A stretch of 64,000 nt of DNA from Terriglobia bacterium (GCA_965218585.1 CBDCLE010000026.1:32001-96000), one strand, 5' to 3'; counted from the first letter of the stretch, positions 40,391-51,400 are shown. Made by a program: numbers and translations. The notes: a model not told the origin generated them from the sequence alone.

Positions 40391-41496
40391 TTGGCTACTT
40401 TTGCTTCCTTTGCGCTCGCCGCTCCGGTTGTTTCCTTTACCGGACGATCGGTCTTGGATTCGGGTCGCAACTGCCGCACCTGCTTCCCGGTACGCCAGAT
40501 CTCTTCACCGCCCAACTCGTCGAGTTCCGCCTCGAGACGGTCCCGGTAATCGTCCCTACCACAGGATTCGATGACGATTCCCGCTTCCTTTCCTGAGCGG
40601 ACACTTTCGTAGAGCTCTTCGTACACCGGAGTCACGGCTTCACGGAACTTATGCCGCCAGTCCAGAGCGCCTCTCTGAGCCGTCGTGGAACAGTTGGCAT
40701 ACATCCAGTCCATTCCGTTCTCAGCTACCAGCGGCATCAAGCTCTGGGTCAGTTCTTCAACGGTCTCGTTGAAAGCCTCCGAAGGCGAATGACCGTTCTT
40801 TCGGAGTACGTTGAACTGTGCTTCGAAAACGCCGGCAATCGCGCCCATCAGAACGCCGCGCTCACCGGTCAAATCCGAATAGACTTCCTTCTGGAAGTCG
40901 GTCTCGAACAGGTAACCGGAACCGACGCCGATACCGAGCGACATGACGCGCTCGGTGGCGCGCCCGGTCGCATCTTGAAAGATCGCGTAGCTCGAGTTCA
41001 ATCCCTTCCCTGCAACAAAGAGCCGCCGTAGGGACGTTCCGGAACCCTTGGGAGCAATCAACACGACATCGACGTCATCGGGTGGGATGACACCGGTCTG
41101 ATCCTTGAACGTAATCGCAAAACCATGAGAAAAATAGAGGCACTTGCCGGCCGTCAGATGCTGCTTGACCTTCTCCCACTGAGCGATCTGGCCGGCGTCG
41201 GAGAGCAGATACTGGACGATCGTTCCGCGTTTGGCCGCCTCTTCAATCTCAAAAAGATTCTCGCCTTCGACCCATCCGTCGCCAACGGCCTTGTCCCAAG
41301 AGCGTGAGCCTTTCCGCTGTCCCACGGTAACGTTGAAACCATTGTCCTTCAGGTTGAGCGCCTGTCCCGGCCCCTGTACGCCATAACCGAGGACCGCAAT
41401 CGTTTCATCCTTCATGCAGTCTCGGGCCTTATCGAGGGGCCATTCTTCGCGCGTTGTCACATTCTCCTCGACATCGCCAAAACGTATTTTCGCCAT
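40387..41496 (-). CDS. ilvC: Ketol-acid reductoisomerase, Bacteroidota/fungal Ilv5-like
   Basis: GYGVQGPGQ, LLSDAGQ, APKGSG, SDLTGERG, NCSTTAQRGALDW. Confidence 0.95.
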   Translation of the reverse strand: MAKIRFGDVEENVTTREEWPLDKARDCMKDETIAVLGYGVQGPGQALNLKDNGFNVTVGQRKGSRSWDKAVGDGWVEGENLFEIEEAAKRGTIVQYLLSDAGQIAQWEKVKQHLTAGKCLYFSHGFAITFKDQTGVIPPDDVDVVLIAPKGSGTSLRRLFVAGKGLNSSYAIFQDATGRATERVMSLGIGVGSGYLFETDFQKEVYSDLTGERGVLMGAIAGVFEAQFNVLRKNGHSPSEAFNETVEELTQSLMPLVAENGMDWMYANCSTTAQRGALDWRHKFREAVTPVYEELYESVRSGKEAGIVIESCGRDDYRDRLEAELDELGGEEIWRTGKQVRQLRPESKTDRPVKETTGAASAKEAKVAK

Positions 41497-41541
41497 GCTG
41501 TAGATAACCTCCGCTTTGGGGATGGAGCGACCGCCCCCAAT

Positions 41542-42048
41542 TTATTTTCCGTCGATCTGGGCAAGGACGGGCTTGGTAACCATTACTCTTCCCGACCTGA
41601 CAAACTCCATTACGCCAAAAGGCTCTAAACGACCAAACAGTTCTTCAATTTCATCCTGCGACCCGGTTTTTTCAACTACGACGTAACCCGCACCCGCGAC
41701 AAGGATCCGTGCGCGAGACGTCCTTACAATCTTTGAGAGCGAATTCCTAACGGACGCTGCATCGAGCGAAAGTTTAAACAACGCCACTTCACGGTCGTGG
41801 GTTTCGACGTCGCGATGGTAGCTCACCTCGATCACGCCAACTAACGCGCCAATCTGCTTGACGGCACGCCGTATCCGATCCGGGGCCGCGCGGACAGCAA
41901 TACTGTGCTGATAAACATTTGACGCTTCGCCATTCGTACAGGTGAAGCTTTCGATCTTTATGCGGTGCCGTCCCAAACAGGCCGCCAGGCGCAGAAGAGA
42001 ACTCGAGTCGTTCTCCGTACGCGCCGAAACTGTGAATTGCGGATCCAA
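41542..42048 (-). CDS. ilvN: Acetolactate synthase regulatory subunit, divergent
   Basis: TTG start after AAGAGG; ACT-like N-terminus, REVALFK, EKTG, EFVRSGRV; lies between ilvB and ilvC. Confidence 0.8.
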   Translation of the reverse strand: MDPQFTVSARTENDSSSLLRLAACLGRHRIKIESFTCTNGEASNVYQHSIAVRAAPDRIRRAVKQIGALVGVIEVSYHRDVETHDREVALFKLSLDAASVRNSLSKIVRTSRARILVAGAGYVVVEKTGSQDEIEELFGRLEPFGVMEFVRSGRVMVTKPVLAQIDGK

Positions 42049-42085
42049 TGATTGCCTCTTAGTGGCCTCCAGGAGGCCAGCCAGC

Positions 42086-43852
42086 CTATTCCAGGCGGAT
42101 CTCCGAGCAGGGTGAACCTGCAGGGACCATCGGGAATATGTTGTCTTCCCGTTCCACCACCACTTCCAGAAGGAAAGACGATTCCGATTGAAGCATCGCG
42201 TCAATCGCGTCACCAAGTTCTTCTCTTTGAACCACCTGTTTTCCTTCCATACCGTATGCCGCGGCGATTCCCACGAAATCCGGATTCATCAATTCGGTCG
42301 CCGAGTAACGCCGCGAAAAGAACAACTGTTGCCACTGACGCACCATTCCCAGGTACTCGTTGTTCAGAATCATCATCTTGACCGGAATCTTCGCCTGGAA
42401 GATCGTACCCAACTCCTGGAGGGTCATCTGAAAACCACCGTCGCCGATGATGGCGACGATGGGTCGATCCTGGCGGGCAACAGCTGCACCAATGGCCGCC
42501 GGCAGGGCAAAACCCATCGTCCCCAGACCACCGGAAGTTATCGTGCCACTACCTTCGTCGAACTTGTAATAGCGGGCTGCAGACATCTGATGTTGCCCGA
42601 CATCGGTCACAATGATGGCTTTGCCTTCGCTGCGTTCGGATAACTGATGAACGACCTCCGCCATGCGGAGTCCAGAAGAATCCGGATGAATGTCCTTCCG
42701 AATAACCCGGTTGATCTCGATCTGATCGCAAGCTCGAAACTCCGCAAGCCACTCGTGGTGGGACCGAGACCCGACAGCTTCGGCAAGGGCACCCAGGGCT
42801 TCGGCGGCGTCGGCGACGATCGCCACGTCTGTCTTGACGTTCTTGTCGATCTCCGAGGGATCGATATCAATGTGGATGATCTTTGCCTGCTTGGCGTACT
42901 TGGAAAGATCACCGGTCACACGGTCATCGAATCGCATCCCGACCGCGATCAGGACATCGCATTCATTGGTCTTGATGTTCGGCCCGTAGTTGCCGTGCAT
43001 ACCCAACATGCCGGTGTGCAGCCGATGGCGACTCGGCAGTGCGGACAACCCGAGCAACGTACACGCGAACGGAAGATCGGCTTTCTCAACCAAAGCTTGA
43101 AGTTCGGCCTGGGCTTTGGACAGCAGGACACCCTGCCCCACCAGAACAAACGGTTTTCTTGACCGATCGATCAACCGCGCACCGGCCTCAACACTCGCCG
43201 GGTCCAGCGTGGGCCGGGGCCTGTATCCTCTGACTTCGGACACAGTGGCCGGATGATAGTCGAAGGTCTCTATCTGAGCGTCTTTTGTTATATCTATCAA
43301 GACCGGTCCGGGACGTCCCGAGCGCGCTATGTACAATGCCTTGGCCACCACCTCGGGAACCTCTTCGGCCCGCGTGATTTGGTAGTTCCACTTCGTCACT
43401 GGGGCGCTGACCGAAATGATGTCGGTTTCCTGAAACGCGTCCGAACCCAGCATCTTCGAAGGCACCTGTCCAGTGATACATACCACTGGTGTGCTGTCGA
43501 TTTTGGCGTCCGCAATACCGGTGATCAGGTTCGTCGCGCCGGGCCCGGATGTGGCAATGCAAACGCCCGGCCTTCCCGAGGCGCGCGCGTAACCCTGAGC
43601 GGCATGAACCGATCCCTGTTCGTGGCGGACAAGGATATGCCGGATTTGATGGTCGTATTCAAACAGGGCGTCGTATACCGGCATGATCGCGCCGCCGGGG
43701 TACCCAAAAATTGTTCGGACACCTTCCTGCAACAACGAAAGCACAACCGCCTCCGCTCCCGAAACCGTCTGCGGCGGTTGGACTAAGGCTTCCGGTGTTC
43801 GGAGGTTGCCGGTTTCCTCTTCCCTGCTTACCGTTGTTTTGCTCTGTGACAT
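42086..43852 (-). CDS. ilvB: Acetolactate synthase large subunit
   Basis: FGYPGGA, RHEQG, TSGPGATN, RFDDRVTG, GDGGFQM, LGMVRQWQ. Confidence 0.96.
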   Translation of the reverse strand: MSQSKTTVSREEETGNLRTPEALVQPPQTVSGAEAVVLSLLQEGVRTIFGYPGGAIMPVYDALFEYDHQIRHILVRHEQGSVHAAQGYARASGRPGVCIATSGPGATNLITGIADAKIDSTPVVCITGQVPSKMLGSDAFQETDIISVSAPVTKWNYQITRAEEVPEVVAKALYIARSGRPGPVLIDITKDAQIETFDYHPATVSEVRGYRPRPTLDPASVEAGARLIDRSRKPFVLVGQGVLLSKAQAELQALVEKADLPFACTLLGLSALPSRHRLHTGMLGMHGNYGPNIKTNECDVLIAVGMRFDDRVTGDLSKYAKQAKIIHIDIDPSEIDKNVKTDVAIVADAAEALGALAEAVGSRSHHEWLAEFRACDQIEINRVIRKDIHPDSSGLRMAEVVHQLSERSEGKAIIVTDVGQHQMSAARYYKFDEGSGTITSGGLGTMGFALPAAIGAAVARQDRPIVAIIGDGGFQMTLQELGTIFQAKIPVKMMILNNEYLGMVRQWQQLFFSRRYSATELMNPDFVGIAAAYGMEGKQVVQREELGDAIDAMLQSESSFLLEVVVEREDNIFPMVPAGSPCSEIRLE

Positions 43853-43853
43853 C

Positions 43854-45539
43854 TCACGCTCCGTCTGTCGTACATCCTTCTGAGGCGGGTGATACTGCCT
43901 TGGCATACTTGTAGAGGGCACCCGAAGTTACACGTAGTGGCGGCGCCGTCCACCCTGCCCGGCGCGCGGCCACTTCATCCGATGGCAATTCCACTTCGAT
44001 CGTGTTTCGAACGGCGTCAATCCGTATGCGGTCGCCGTCTCTGATGAGCGCAATGAGACCGCCATCCTGGGCTTCCGGAGTGATATGGCCAACGACAAAA
44101 CCGCGTGTTCCACCTGAAAAACGACCGTCTGTAATCAACGCGACGTCATTTCCCAATCCGGCACCCATGATCATCGAAGTAGGGGTCAGCATTTCCGGCA
44201 TCCCGGGTCCACCCCGTGGACCTTCGTAGCGAATCACGACAACGTCGCCGGCCTTCACCGCTCCCCGAGCGATGCTCGCATTCGCATCTACCTCGCTGTC
44301 AAAAACACGTGCGGGTCCTTCGAAGATCTCACCTTCCTTACCGGTGATCTTTGCGACCGCACTCTGCTCGGCAAGGTTTCCGTACAGGATTCTCAAGTGA
44401 CCGCGCGCGCTGATCGGGTCGCCCGGGTCATGCACGATCTTCTGGCCACTCTCGAGAGACGGTAAATCGGCTACGTTCTCAGCAAGAGTCGATCCGGTAA
44501 CGGTCATGCAGTCCCCATCGAGCAGTCCATGCTCTAAAAGCATCTTGATGACCGCGGGCGTTCCACCGATGTTATGGAGGTCCTCCATTACGTAAGACCC
44601 GCTCGGGCGAAAGTCTGCAAGGAGCGGGACCCGGCCGCTGATTTCCTGAAAATCGTCGACCGTAAGATCGAGCTGAAGGGTTCGGGCAATGGCCAGCAGG
44701 TGCAGCACAACGTTCGTCGATCCACCCAGAACGATTGCCAGCGTGATGGCGTTCTCAAAGGACTTGCGCGTCAGAATGTCCCTCGGCCGCAGGTTCTTTT
44801 CCAGAAGCGAGCGGAGCGACGCGCCGGCGTTGAGGCATTCAGCAACCTTCTCACTGCTTTCAGCGGGATTGGAGGAACTGTAAGGCAGGCTCATACCCAT
44901 GACTTCGATAGCACTCGCCATCGTGTTGGCCGTAAACATGCCGCCGCAGGCACCCGCACCCGGACAGCTCTTCTGGACGACTTCCTGGAACTTTTCGAGG
45001 GTGATCCTTCCGGCCAGGTGCTGGCCCAGAGCCTCGAACGACGAGATCACATCCAGCTTGTCGCCGTTCAGGTGTCCGGGAGCAATCGTCCCTCCGTAGA
45101 TCATGAGTGCCGGACGGTTGAGTCGCGCCATGGCGATCATCGCGCCCGGCATGTTCTTGTCACACCCCATGATCGTGATCAGGCCGTCGTAGTGCTGGGC
45201 CGAAGCGATCGTCTCGATGGAATCGGCAATCAGGTCGCGCGACGGCAGCGAATAGCGCATCCCGAGTGTCCCCATAGAGATGCCGTCGCTGACACCGATG
45301 GTGTTGGAAACAAAACCCACCAGATCCGATGCCTCGGTGCCTGCCTTGGCCTCCGCCGCCAGGCCGTTCAAGTGCATGTTGCAGGGGTTGCCCTCATATC
45401 CCGTGCTGATGATGCCCACCTGAGCCAGTTCGAGGTCGGACTCAGACAAACCGGCACCAAACAACATCGCGCGGGCCGCCGGTCGGTCATACGACTGGGT
45501 CAGCTCCTTGCTGATCCGGTTCAATTCCCTTGTTTCCAT
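43854..45539 (-). CDS. ilvD: Dihydroxy-acid dehydratase
   Basis: [39 protein letters not shown]. Confidence 0.96.
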   Translation of the reverse strand: METRELNRISKELTQSYDRPAARAMLFGAGLSESDLELAQVGIISTGYEGNPCNMHLNGLAAEAKAGTEASDLVGFVSNTIGVSDGISMGTLGMRYSLPSRDLIADSIETIASAQHYDGLITIMGCDKNMPGAMIAMARLNRPALMIYGGTIAPGHLNGDKLDVISSFEALGQHLAGRITLEKFQEVVQKSCPGAGACGGMFTANTMASAIEVMGMSLPYSSSNPAESSEKVAECLNAGASLRSLLEKNLRPRDILTRKSFENAITLAIVLGGSTNVVLHLLAIARTLQLDLTVDDFQEISGRVPLLADFRPSGSYVMEDLHNIGGTPAVIKMLLEHGLLDGDCMTVTGSTLAENVADLPSLESGQKIVHDPGDPISARGHLRILYGNLAEQSAVAKITGKEGEIFEGPARVFDSEVDANASIARGAVKAGDVVVIRYEGPRGGPGMPEMLTPTSMIMGAGLGNDVALITDGRFSGGTRGFVVGHITPEAQDGGLIALIRDGDRIRIDAVRNTIEVELPSDEVAARRAGWTAPPLRVTSGALYKYAKAVSPASEGCTTDGA

Positions 45540-45569
45540 GCTTTCCTTCATTCGTTTCAATTTCAGAGC

Positions 45570-45605
45570 AAAAAAAATCCCCTCGCCGCGTGTCGCGGGA
45601 GGGGC
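45570..45605 (-). terminator. Attenuator terminator upstream of ilvD
   Basis: Minus strand CCCCTC-CCGCG-ACA-CGCGG-CGAGGGG-A-T8. Confidence 0.85.
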
Positions 45606-45628
45606 GGTGGATTCGCTTTTTACAGCGA

Positions 45629-45709
45629 CTAACCCGGCCCCCCTCGCGTAAGGGAGCTAATCCCTACACCTACGATTACGATGGGGGTCCCACAGTTGGT
45701 CGGTCGCAT
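45629..45709 (-). CDS. ilvL: Ile/Val/Leu leader peptide, 26 aa
   Basis: [26 protein letters not shown]; followed by terminator. Confidence 0.85.
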   Translation of the reverse strand: MRPTNCGTPIVIVGVGISSLTRGGPG

Positions 45710-45715
45710 GACAAA

Positions 45716-45745
45716 AACGTAACAGCAATGTCTGCGGCCTGTCAA
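45716..45745 (-). promoter_or_regulatory. Promoter of ilv leader
   Basis: TTGACA-N18-TACGTT with extended TG, 6 nt before the leader ATG. Confidence 0.65.
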
Positions 45746-45778
45746 TCATCGTCTGAATGTCCTTCGGGTCTACCCATC

Positions 45779-46852
45779 TCAACTCGCTTTAGAGGCTGCT
45801 AACGATCCCACGACGAACTCACCCATCTCAGATGTTGAAACCGACTTCCCTCCGTCAGTGGCAAGGTCTGCCGTCCGGTAACCCTCCCGCAGCGCACGGC
45901 CCACACCCTCACGGATCGCCTCAGCTTCCTCAGATAACTTGAAAGACAGCTCGAGCATCATGGCGACAGAAAGAATGGCTCCGGTCGGATTGGCAATGCC
46001 CTTCCCTGCAATGTCGGGCGCGGTTCCATGCACCGGTTCGTACAGTCCGATCGTTGCCCCGATGCTGGCCGAGGGCAGCATCCCGAGGCTTCCGGCCAGA
46101 ACCGACGCTTCGTCGCTCAGGATGTCTCCGAACATGTTGTTCGTCAGGATGACGTCGAACTGGCGCGGATTGGCGATGAGCTGCATCGCGCAGTTATCAA
46201 CCAGCATGTTGCTGAATTCGACGTCGGAATACTCGCGGGCGACGTCGGTTGCAACTCTCCGCCACAGAACGGAGGATTCCAGGACGTTCGATTTATCGAT
46301 GGAAACCACCTTCTTGCGGCGCTGTCGAGCTATCTCGAACGCCATCTTGGCAATCCTGCGGACCTCTTCTTCGGTGTACACCTCGGTGTTATGAGCGATC
46401 CCATGTTCAATGCCTCGAGGCAGTCCGAAATAAATGCCGCCCAACAACTCGCGCACCACCACCAAATCCACACCACGGATGTGTTCCGCCCGAAACGGAG
46501 ACCGATCGACAATCGCATCAGGAACGGCGACCGGGCGAATATTGGCATAGTTTCCGAGGAGTTTCCGAAGATCCAACAGACCTTTCGCAGCATCAGGACG
46601 ATTGGGATCCGTTGCAGGTGCGGGCAGGCCGACTGCTCCGAGGAGAACCGCGTCGACTCCAACGACGAGTTTCCGAGTCGCTTCCGGAAGCGGATCTCCA
46701 AAGGCGTCTATGGCGCCAGAGCCCATCGCGCCTTCGACAATCTCAAAGCGGTGACCATAAGCCTCTCCGATCGCTTCCAAAACGTGCCGCGCTTCGACTA
46801 AAACCTCTGGACCGATGCCGTCTCCCGGCAGAAACGCAATACGCCCTTCCAT
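45779..46852 (-). CDS. leuB: 3-isopropylmalate dehydrogenase
   Basis: [46 protein letters not shown]. Confidence 0.95.
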   Translation of the reverse strand: MEGRIAFLPGDGIGPEVLVEARHVLEAIGEAYGHRFEIVEGAMGSGAIDAFGDPLPEATRKLVVGVDAVLLGAVGLPAPATDPNRPDAAKGLLDLRKLLGNYANIRPVAVPDAIVDRSPFRAEHIRGVDLVVVRELLGGIYFGLPRGIEHGIAHNTEVYTEEEVRRIAKMAFEIARQRRKKVVSIDKSNVLESSVLWRRVATDVAREYSDVEFSNMLVDNCAMQLIANPRQFDVILTNNMFGDILSDEASVLAGSLGMLPSASIGATIGLYEPVHGTAPDIAGKGIANPTGAILSVAMMLELSFKLSEEAEAIREGVGRALREGYRTADLATDGGKSVSTSEMGEFVVGSLAASKAS

Positions 46853-46855
46853 TCG

Positions 46856-48385
46856 TTACTCTCCCGCCGCCTTGTCCATCCCGGTCCACAAGGCTTTGTT
46901 AATTGCATCCAGATAAGCCCGTGTCGCAGCGATGTTCAAATCGGTACTGGCCGCCCGACCGGCGATCGTCCTACCCTCGACGTCAACCTGCATGAAAACT
47001 TCCCCAACGGCTTCGCTACCTTCGGTGACAGATTTCGCCGAATACCCCAGAACCTTTCCCTTACAGCCGGTGATCTGATTGACCGCGCGAACGGTGGCAT
47101 CGACTGGGCCGTCCCCAGTGGCCGTATCCGTGTACATGGAACCGTCCTTCTCCAGACTCAGGGTTACGGTCGAGACCGCGTCGCTCTTGCCCACGATGTG
47201 GAAATGCTTCAGGGCAAACGCAGCCGGCACATTCGTGAGCCCATCGTTGATGATGACGATCAAGTCATCGTCGTAGATGGTCTTCTTACGGTCGGCCAGC
47301 TTGGTAAAGAGCATGTACGCCCGCGCCAGATCGGATTCGCTAAGCTGGTAGCCCAGTTCACGGTAACGGGCAGCGAGGCCGTGTCGGCCGGAGTGCTTTC
47401 CAAGAACAATCTGGTTCTGAGGCACACCCACCGAGTCCGGTGTCATGATTTCGTAGGTAAGCGTTTTTTTAAGGACGCCGTCCTGGTGAATGCCGGCCTC
47501 ATGTGCAAACGCATTCTTTCCGACAATGGCTTTGTTCGCCTGAACTTCCATTCCCGTCAGGCTCGAAAGAACCTGGCTCGTCCTGTAGATCTCCTGCGTG
47601 TTGACGCCGGTCTCCATGTCGAGCAAACTTCGATGGACCTCGATTGTCATCACGATCTCCTCGAGAGATGCGTTGCCGGCACGCTCGCCGATCCCGTTGA
47701 TTGCACACTCGACCTGACGGGCACCGTTCTGCACTCCGATAAGAGAGTTCGCCACAGCCAGACCCAGGTCGTTATGGCAATGTGTACTGATGGTGACGTC
47801 TTCGATTCCCTTGACCTTCGCGAGGCCCTTGATCAGCGCCCCGTATTCCGATGGCAGGCAATAGCCCACCGTATCGGGAATGTTGACAACTTTGGCACCG
47901 GCCTCGATCGCCGCTTCAACGACGGCATACAGGTATTCGGGATCGGAACGGCCGGCATCTTCTGCGGAAAACTCGACGTCGTCACAGAGAGAACACGCCA
48001 ACTCGACCGACTTCACGGCCATTTCCAAGGCCTCTTCACGCGTCTTGAGCAACTTGTGCTTTAGATGGATATCGCTCGTAGCAAGAAAGGTGTGAATTCG
48101 CGGCCGGGCGGCACCTTCAAGCGCCTCCCAGCACCGCCGGATGTCTCCTTCCGCCGCGCGCGCAAGACCGGCGATCGAGGCTTCCCGGATCTCACTGGCA
48201 ATACGTTTGACGGCCTCGAAATCTCCGTCCGATGCAATGGGAAAACCCGCCTCGATGACATCCACTCGCAAACGTTCCAGTTGGCGTGCGAGCCGGAGTT
48301 TGTCGTCAATATTCATGCTGAAACCGGGAGCCTGCTCCCCGTCTCTCAGCGTTGTGTCGAAAATCGCGATCCGATTCATGGCCAT
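46856..48385 (-). CDS. leuA: 2-isopropylmalate synthase
   Basis: DTTLRDGEQ, HCHNDLG, GERAGNA, HEAGIHQDG, regulatory GDGPVDA. Confidence 0.96.
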   Translation of the reverse strand: MAMNRIAIFDTTLRDGEQAPGFSMNIDDKLRLARQLERLRVDVIEAGFPIASDGDFEAVKRIASEIREASIAGLARAAEGDIRRCWEALEGAARPRIHTFLATSDIHLKHKLLKTREEALEMAVKSVELACSLCDDVEFSAEDAGRSDPEYLYAVVEAAIEAGAKVVNIPDTVGYCLPSEYGALIKGLAKVKGIEDVTISTHCHNDLGLAVANSLIGVQNGARQVECAINGIGERAGNASLEEIVMTIEVHRSLLDMETGVNTQEIYRTSQVLSSLTGMEVQANKAIVGKNAFAHEAGIHQDGVLKKTLTYEIMTPDSVGVPQNQIVLGKHSGRHGLAARYRELGYQLSESDLARAYMLFTKLADRKKTIYDDDLIVIINDGLTNVPAAFALKHFHIVGKSDAVSTVTLSLEKDGSMYTDTATGDGPVDATVRAVNQITGCKGKVLGYSAKSVTEGSEAVGEVFMQVDVEGRTIAGRAASTDLNIAATRAYLDAINKALWTGMDKAAGE

Positions 48386-48475
48386 TCCCTAGACCCTCTG
48401 TTTCGGCTAACGAAAAGTTCATCGACGTCCAGCCTCTTCTGAGCCCTGAACCGTCGGTCCCCTAGGCCTCTTCCT

Positions 48476-49129
48476 TCAAGTCGCGGACGCCTTCTTCAAA
48501 TCCTGAACGCCCAAATCCTCGGCGCCAAGAACGCCGTGGATGAACAAATCCTGAAACTCTCGCACAACCTCATCGGGCTTGACCGAGCCCGACGGCTTGT
48601 ACCATTGGTAAGTCCAGTTCAGCATTCCAAGCAATGCCAGTGCGGCCACCTTGGGATTCGCCGCTCTGCAATTCGACTTCTCCATCACATCACTCACAAG
48701 GTCGGTGACGAGTTGGACATACTTCTTTTTCCGGCGGTTGATCTTGGTCTTATCCTGTCTCGACAGGCCCTGGCATTCGTGCAAAAGTCCGGTCACCGCC
48801 AACTTTCTCCCCTCCAGAATCAGCTTTAGATGCAGTTCGATCATCGTCTTCAAACGGCGCACGGGATCGGCCACCGATTCCAACGGCTTGACAACGTACG
48901 CCTCGGTCATGTCCATGCCGTAGTCGAGAATCGTAAAAAGCAGGCTCTCCTTGCTGGAGACGTGGTGATACAGGCCGGCCTTGGTGAGGCCGACCGCCTC
49001 GGCGATGTCTTTCATCGAGGTGTTGTCGTAACCCTGCCGATGAAACACCTCCGCCGCGATCTCGTATACTTTGTCCCGTGGCGCGGTTGACTTCTGTTTG
49101 ATCTTTGAAGTAGCGTTCCGATTTGCCAT
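48476..49129 (-). CDS. TetR-family regulator (KstR2/PaaR-like C-terminal domain)
   Basis: F..QGYDNTSMKDIAEAVGLTKAGLYHH.SSKE; GMLNWTYQWY.P.G. Confidence 0.92.
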   Translation of the reverse strand: MANRNATSKIKQKSTAPRDKVYEIAAEVFHRQGYDNTSMKDIAEAVGLTKAGLYHHVSSKESLLFTILDYGMDMTEAYVVKPLESVADPVRRLKTMIELHLKLILEGRKLAVTGLLHECQGLSRQDKTKINRRKKKYVQLVTDLVSDVMEKSNCRAANPKVAALALLGMLNWTYQWYKPSGSVKPDEVVREFQDLFIHGVLGAEDLGVQDLKKASAT

Positions 49130-49158
49130 AATCTACCTACCGATCGGTAGGTAGATTA
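49129..49158. promoter_or_regulatory. 30-bp perfect palindrome, putative TetR operator
   Basis: TAATCTACCTACCGA|TCGGTAGGTAGATTA in the 67-bp divergent gap. Confidence 0.85.
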
Positions 49159-49196
49159 ACAAGAAGACACTCCAAAGTGCAATATAATTAGGTGCT

Positions 49197-50615
49197 ATGA
49201 CAAACCCACCAGCCAGGACTCTATACGACAAAATATGGGACAGCCACGTTGTTGTGGAAGGTCGGGAGACGCCATCGATCCTCTATATCGATCTCCATTT
49301 GATTCACGAAGTTACATCTCCTCAAGCATTTGCGGGGATACGCCAGAGGGGTATAGGAGTCCGCCGGCCTGACCGAACCCTGGCCACGGCCGACCACGTT
49401 ACCCCGACCATCAGCACCGACATCGCCGACGCGGGTGAGCTGGCCGTCAAGCAGCTACGAAGCCTGGAAGACAGTTGCTCCGACTTCGGTGTGCGCCTCT
49501 ATACAATTGGCGACAGCCGGCGCGGCATAGTCCATGTGATCGGTCCCGAACTCGGATTGACCCAGCCCGGACTGACTCTGGTTTGCGGTGACAGCCACAC
49601 CTCGACACACGGTGCTTTCGGCACGCTGGCTTTCGGTATTGGAACGACCGAGGTGGAGCATGTTCTGGCATCTCAATGCCTGCTCGAACGCAAAGTGGGC
49701 AACTTCAAGGTGGATTTCCAGGGTCAGCTTTCTCCCGGCGTCACCAGCAAAGACATGATTCTCGCGTTGATCGCAAAGATCGGTATCGGAGGCGGGACCG
49801 GGCACGTCCTCGAATATACGGGCTCAGCCATCGAAGCTCTCACTATGGAAGCCCGGATGACGATCTGCAACATGTCCATCGAAGCCGGTGCGCGCGCTGG
49901 TTTGGTCGCCCCGGATGATACGACCTATCAGTACATGTCGGGTCGCGAGTTCGCTCCGAAGGGAGCCGACTGGGACCAGGCTCTGGAGGGATGGAAGCAG
50001 TTGCCCAGTGATGCGGACGCGCCATACGACAAGACGGTCACGATCGACGCTTCGACGTTGGATCCGTTCATCAGCTTTGGCACCAACCCGTCCATGTGTG
50101 CGCCAATCGGGGAACAGGTACCGGACCCGGCAGACGTGGACAACCCGGTAGAGCGGGATCAGCTTGCGGGGGCACTCAAATACATGGACCTGGAGGCCGG
50201 GACACCTTTGATCGGCCAGAAGGTGGACGTGGTCTTCATCGGCAGCTGCACGAACTCGAGAATCTCGGACATGCGGGATGCAGCAAGAATCCTCAAGGGC
50301 CGGAAAGTGAGCGAAGATGTCCGTGCGCTGATCGTTCCAGGATCGGAGCAGGTACGTGCCGAGGCCGAAGGCGAGGGTTTGGACAAGATCTTCACCGAAG
50401 CCGGTGCCGAATGGCGTCTGCCCGGTTGCAGCATGTGTCTGGCGATGAATGGGGATAACCTCGAACCGGGCCAGCGTTCAGTCAGTACAAGCAATCGGAA
50501 CTTCGAAGGCCGGCAGGGACAGGGGGGGCGGACCATGCTGGGTTCTCCGCTTACCGCGGCGGCGGCAGCCGTTGCCGGCAAGGTCGCAGACCCAAGAGAG
50601 TTCATTTCCAACTAA
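49197..50615 (+). CDS. leuC: 3-isopropylmalate dehydratase large subunit
   Basis: [45 protein letters not shown]; TATAAT at 49183-49188. Confidence 0.97.
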   Translation: MTNPPARTLYDKIWDSHVVVEGRETPSILYIDLHLIHEVTSPQAFAGIRQRGIGVRRPDRTLATADHVTPTISTDIADAGELAVKQLRSLEDSCSDFGVRLYTIGDSRRGIVHVIGPELGLTQPGLTLVCGDSHTSTHGAFGTLAFGIGTTEVEHVLASQCLLERKVGNFKVDFQGQLSPGVTSKDMILALIAKIGIGGGTGHVLEYTGSAIEALTMEARMTICNMSIEAGARAGLVAPDDTTYQYMSGREFAPKGADWDQALEGWKQLPSDADAPYDKTVTIDASTLDPFISFGTNPSMCAPIGEQVPDPADVDNPVERDQLAGALKYMDLEAGTPLIGQKVDVVFIGSCTNSRISDMRDAARILKGRKVSEDVRALIVPGSEQVRAEAEGEGLDKIFTEAGAEWRLPGCSMCLAMNGDNLEPGQRSVSTSNRNFEGRQGQGGRTMLGSPLTAAAAAVAGKVADPREFISN

Positions 50616-50628
50616 GAAGGTTCCAACG

Positions 50629-51204
50629 ATGAAGAAATTCGAAAAGGTAATCTCCCACGCCGTATGTCTTCCACTTGAAGACATCGACACGGACCAGATC
50701 ATTCCGGCCCGTTACCTGAGAACAACGGAGAAAACGGGACTGGGAGAGCATCTGTTCCATGACTGGCGATATACGGCCAACGGTCAGCCCAAGAAAGGCT
50801 TCGTGCTGAACGAGACGGGAGCAAAGGACGCCAGTTTACTGATTACCGGCAAGAACTTCGGCTGTGGAAGCTCCAGAGAGCATGCGGTCTGGGCCATCAT
50901 GGACCACGGCATCGAGGCCGTAATCGCACCGGAATTCGCAGACATCTTTCACAAGAATTCGCTCAAAAATGGCCTGCTACCGATCACCGTTGATCAGTCC
51001 ACGCTCGACGCTTGTCTGAAGGCAGCCGAAGCAGGCGCCAGCTTCACCGTAGACCTCGAGTCGAACACCGTCAGCGCCGATTCCCTTTCGTTCAGCTTCG
51101 AGGTCGATCCCTTCGCTCGCAACTGCCTGCTCGAGGGTATCGATGACCTGGAATTCATCCTGAAGCACGAGGACGAAATCGCCGCCTTCGAAGCCAACCA
51201 TTAA
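50629..51204 (+). CDS. leuD: 3-isopropylmalate dehydratase small subunit
   Basis: DTDQIIPA, NFGCGSSREHA, FADIF. Confidence 0.96.
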   Translation: MKKFEKVISHAVCLPLEDIDTDQIIPARYLRTTEKTGLGEHLFHDWRYTANGQPKKGFVLNETGAKDASLLITGKNFGCGSSREHAVWAIMDHGIEAVIAPEFADIFHKNSLKNGLLPITVDQSTLDACLKAAEAGASFTVDLESNTVSADSLSFSFEVDPFARNCLLEGIDDLEFILKHEDEIAAFEANH

Positions 51205-51234
51205 ATAGGGTCAAATACCTCTGTCCCTATTTTT
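51203..51234 (+). terminator. Hairpin/terminator after leuD
   Basis: AAATAGGG..CCCTATTT followed by T run. Confidence 0.55.
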
Positions 51235-51400
51235 GCGGATCATCTCCAGGATTCGGCGTAGTATCGGTAGGGTCGCCACAACCTTGTCCGAGCCCAATTG
51301 CTCCTTAACGTCAATCAGTGTCTCCAGATTGAGGATACGGACCCTCAGATTCTGGTCTCCATCGACCGGGATCTGTTCGAAAATCATCCTGGCTACATTA
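51211..51400 (-). pseudogene. C-terminal fragment of a putative nucleotidyltransferase-family gene
   Basis: VRILNLETLIDVKEQLGSDK...LPILRR resembles the LxxxKxxxGRxKD tail; no N-terminal domain. Confidence 0.4.
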
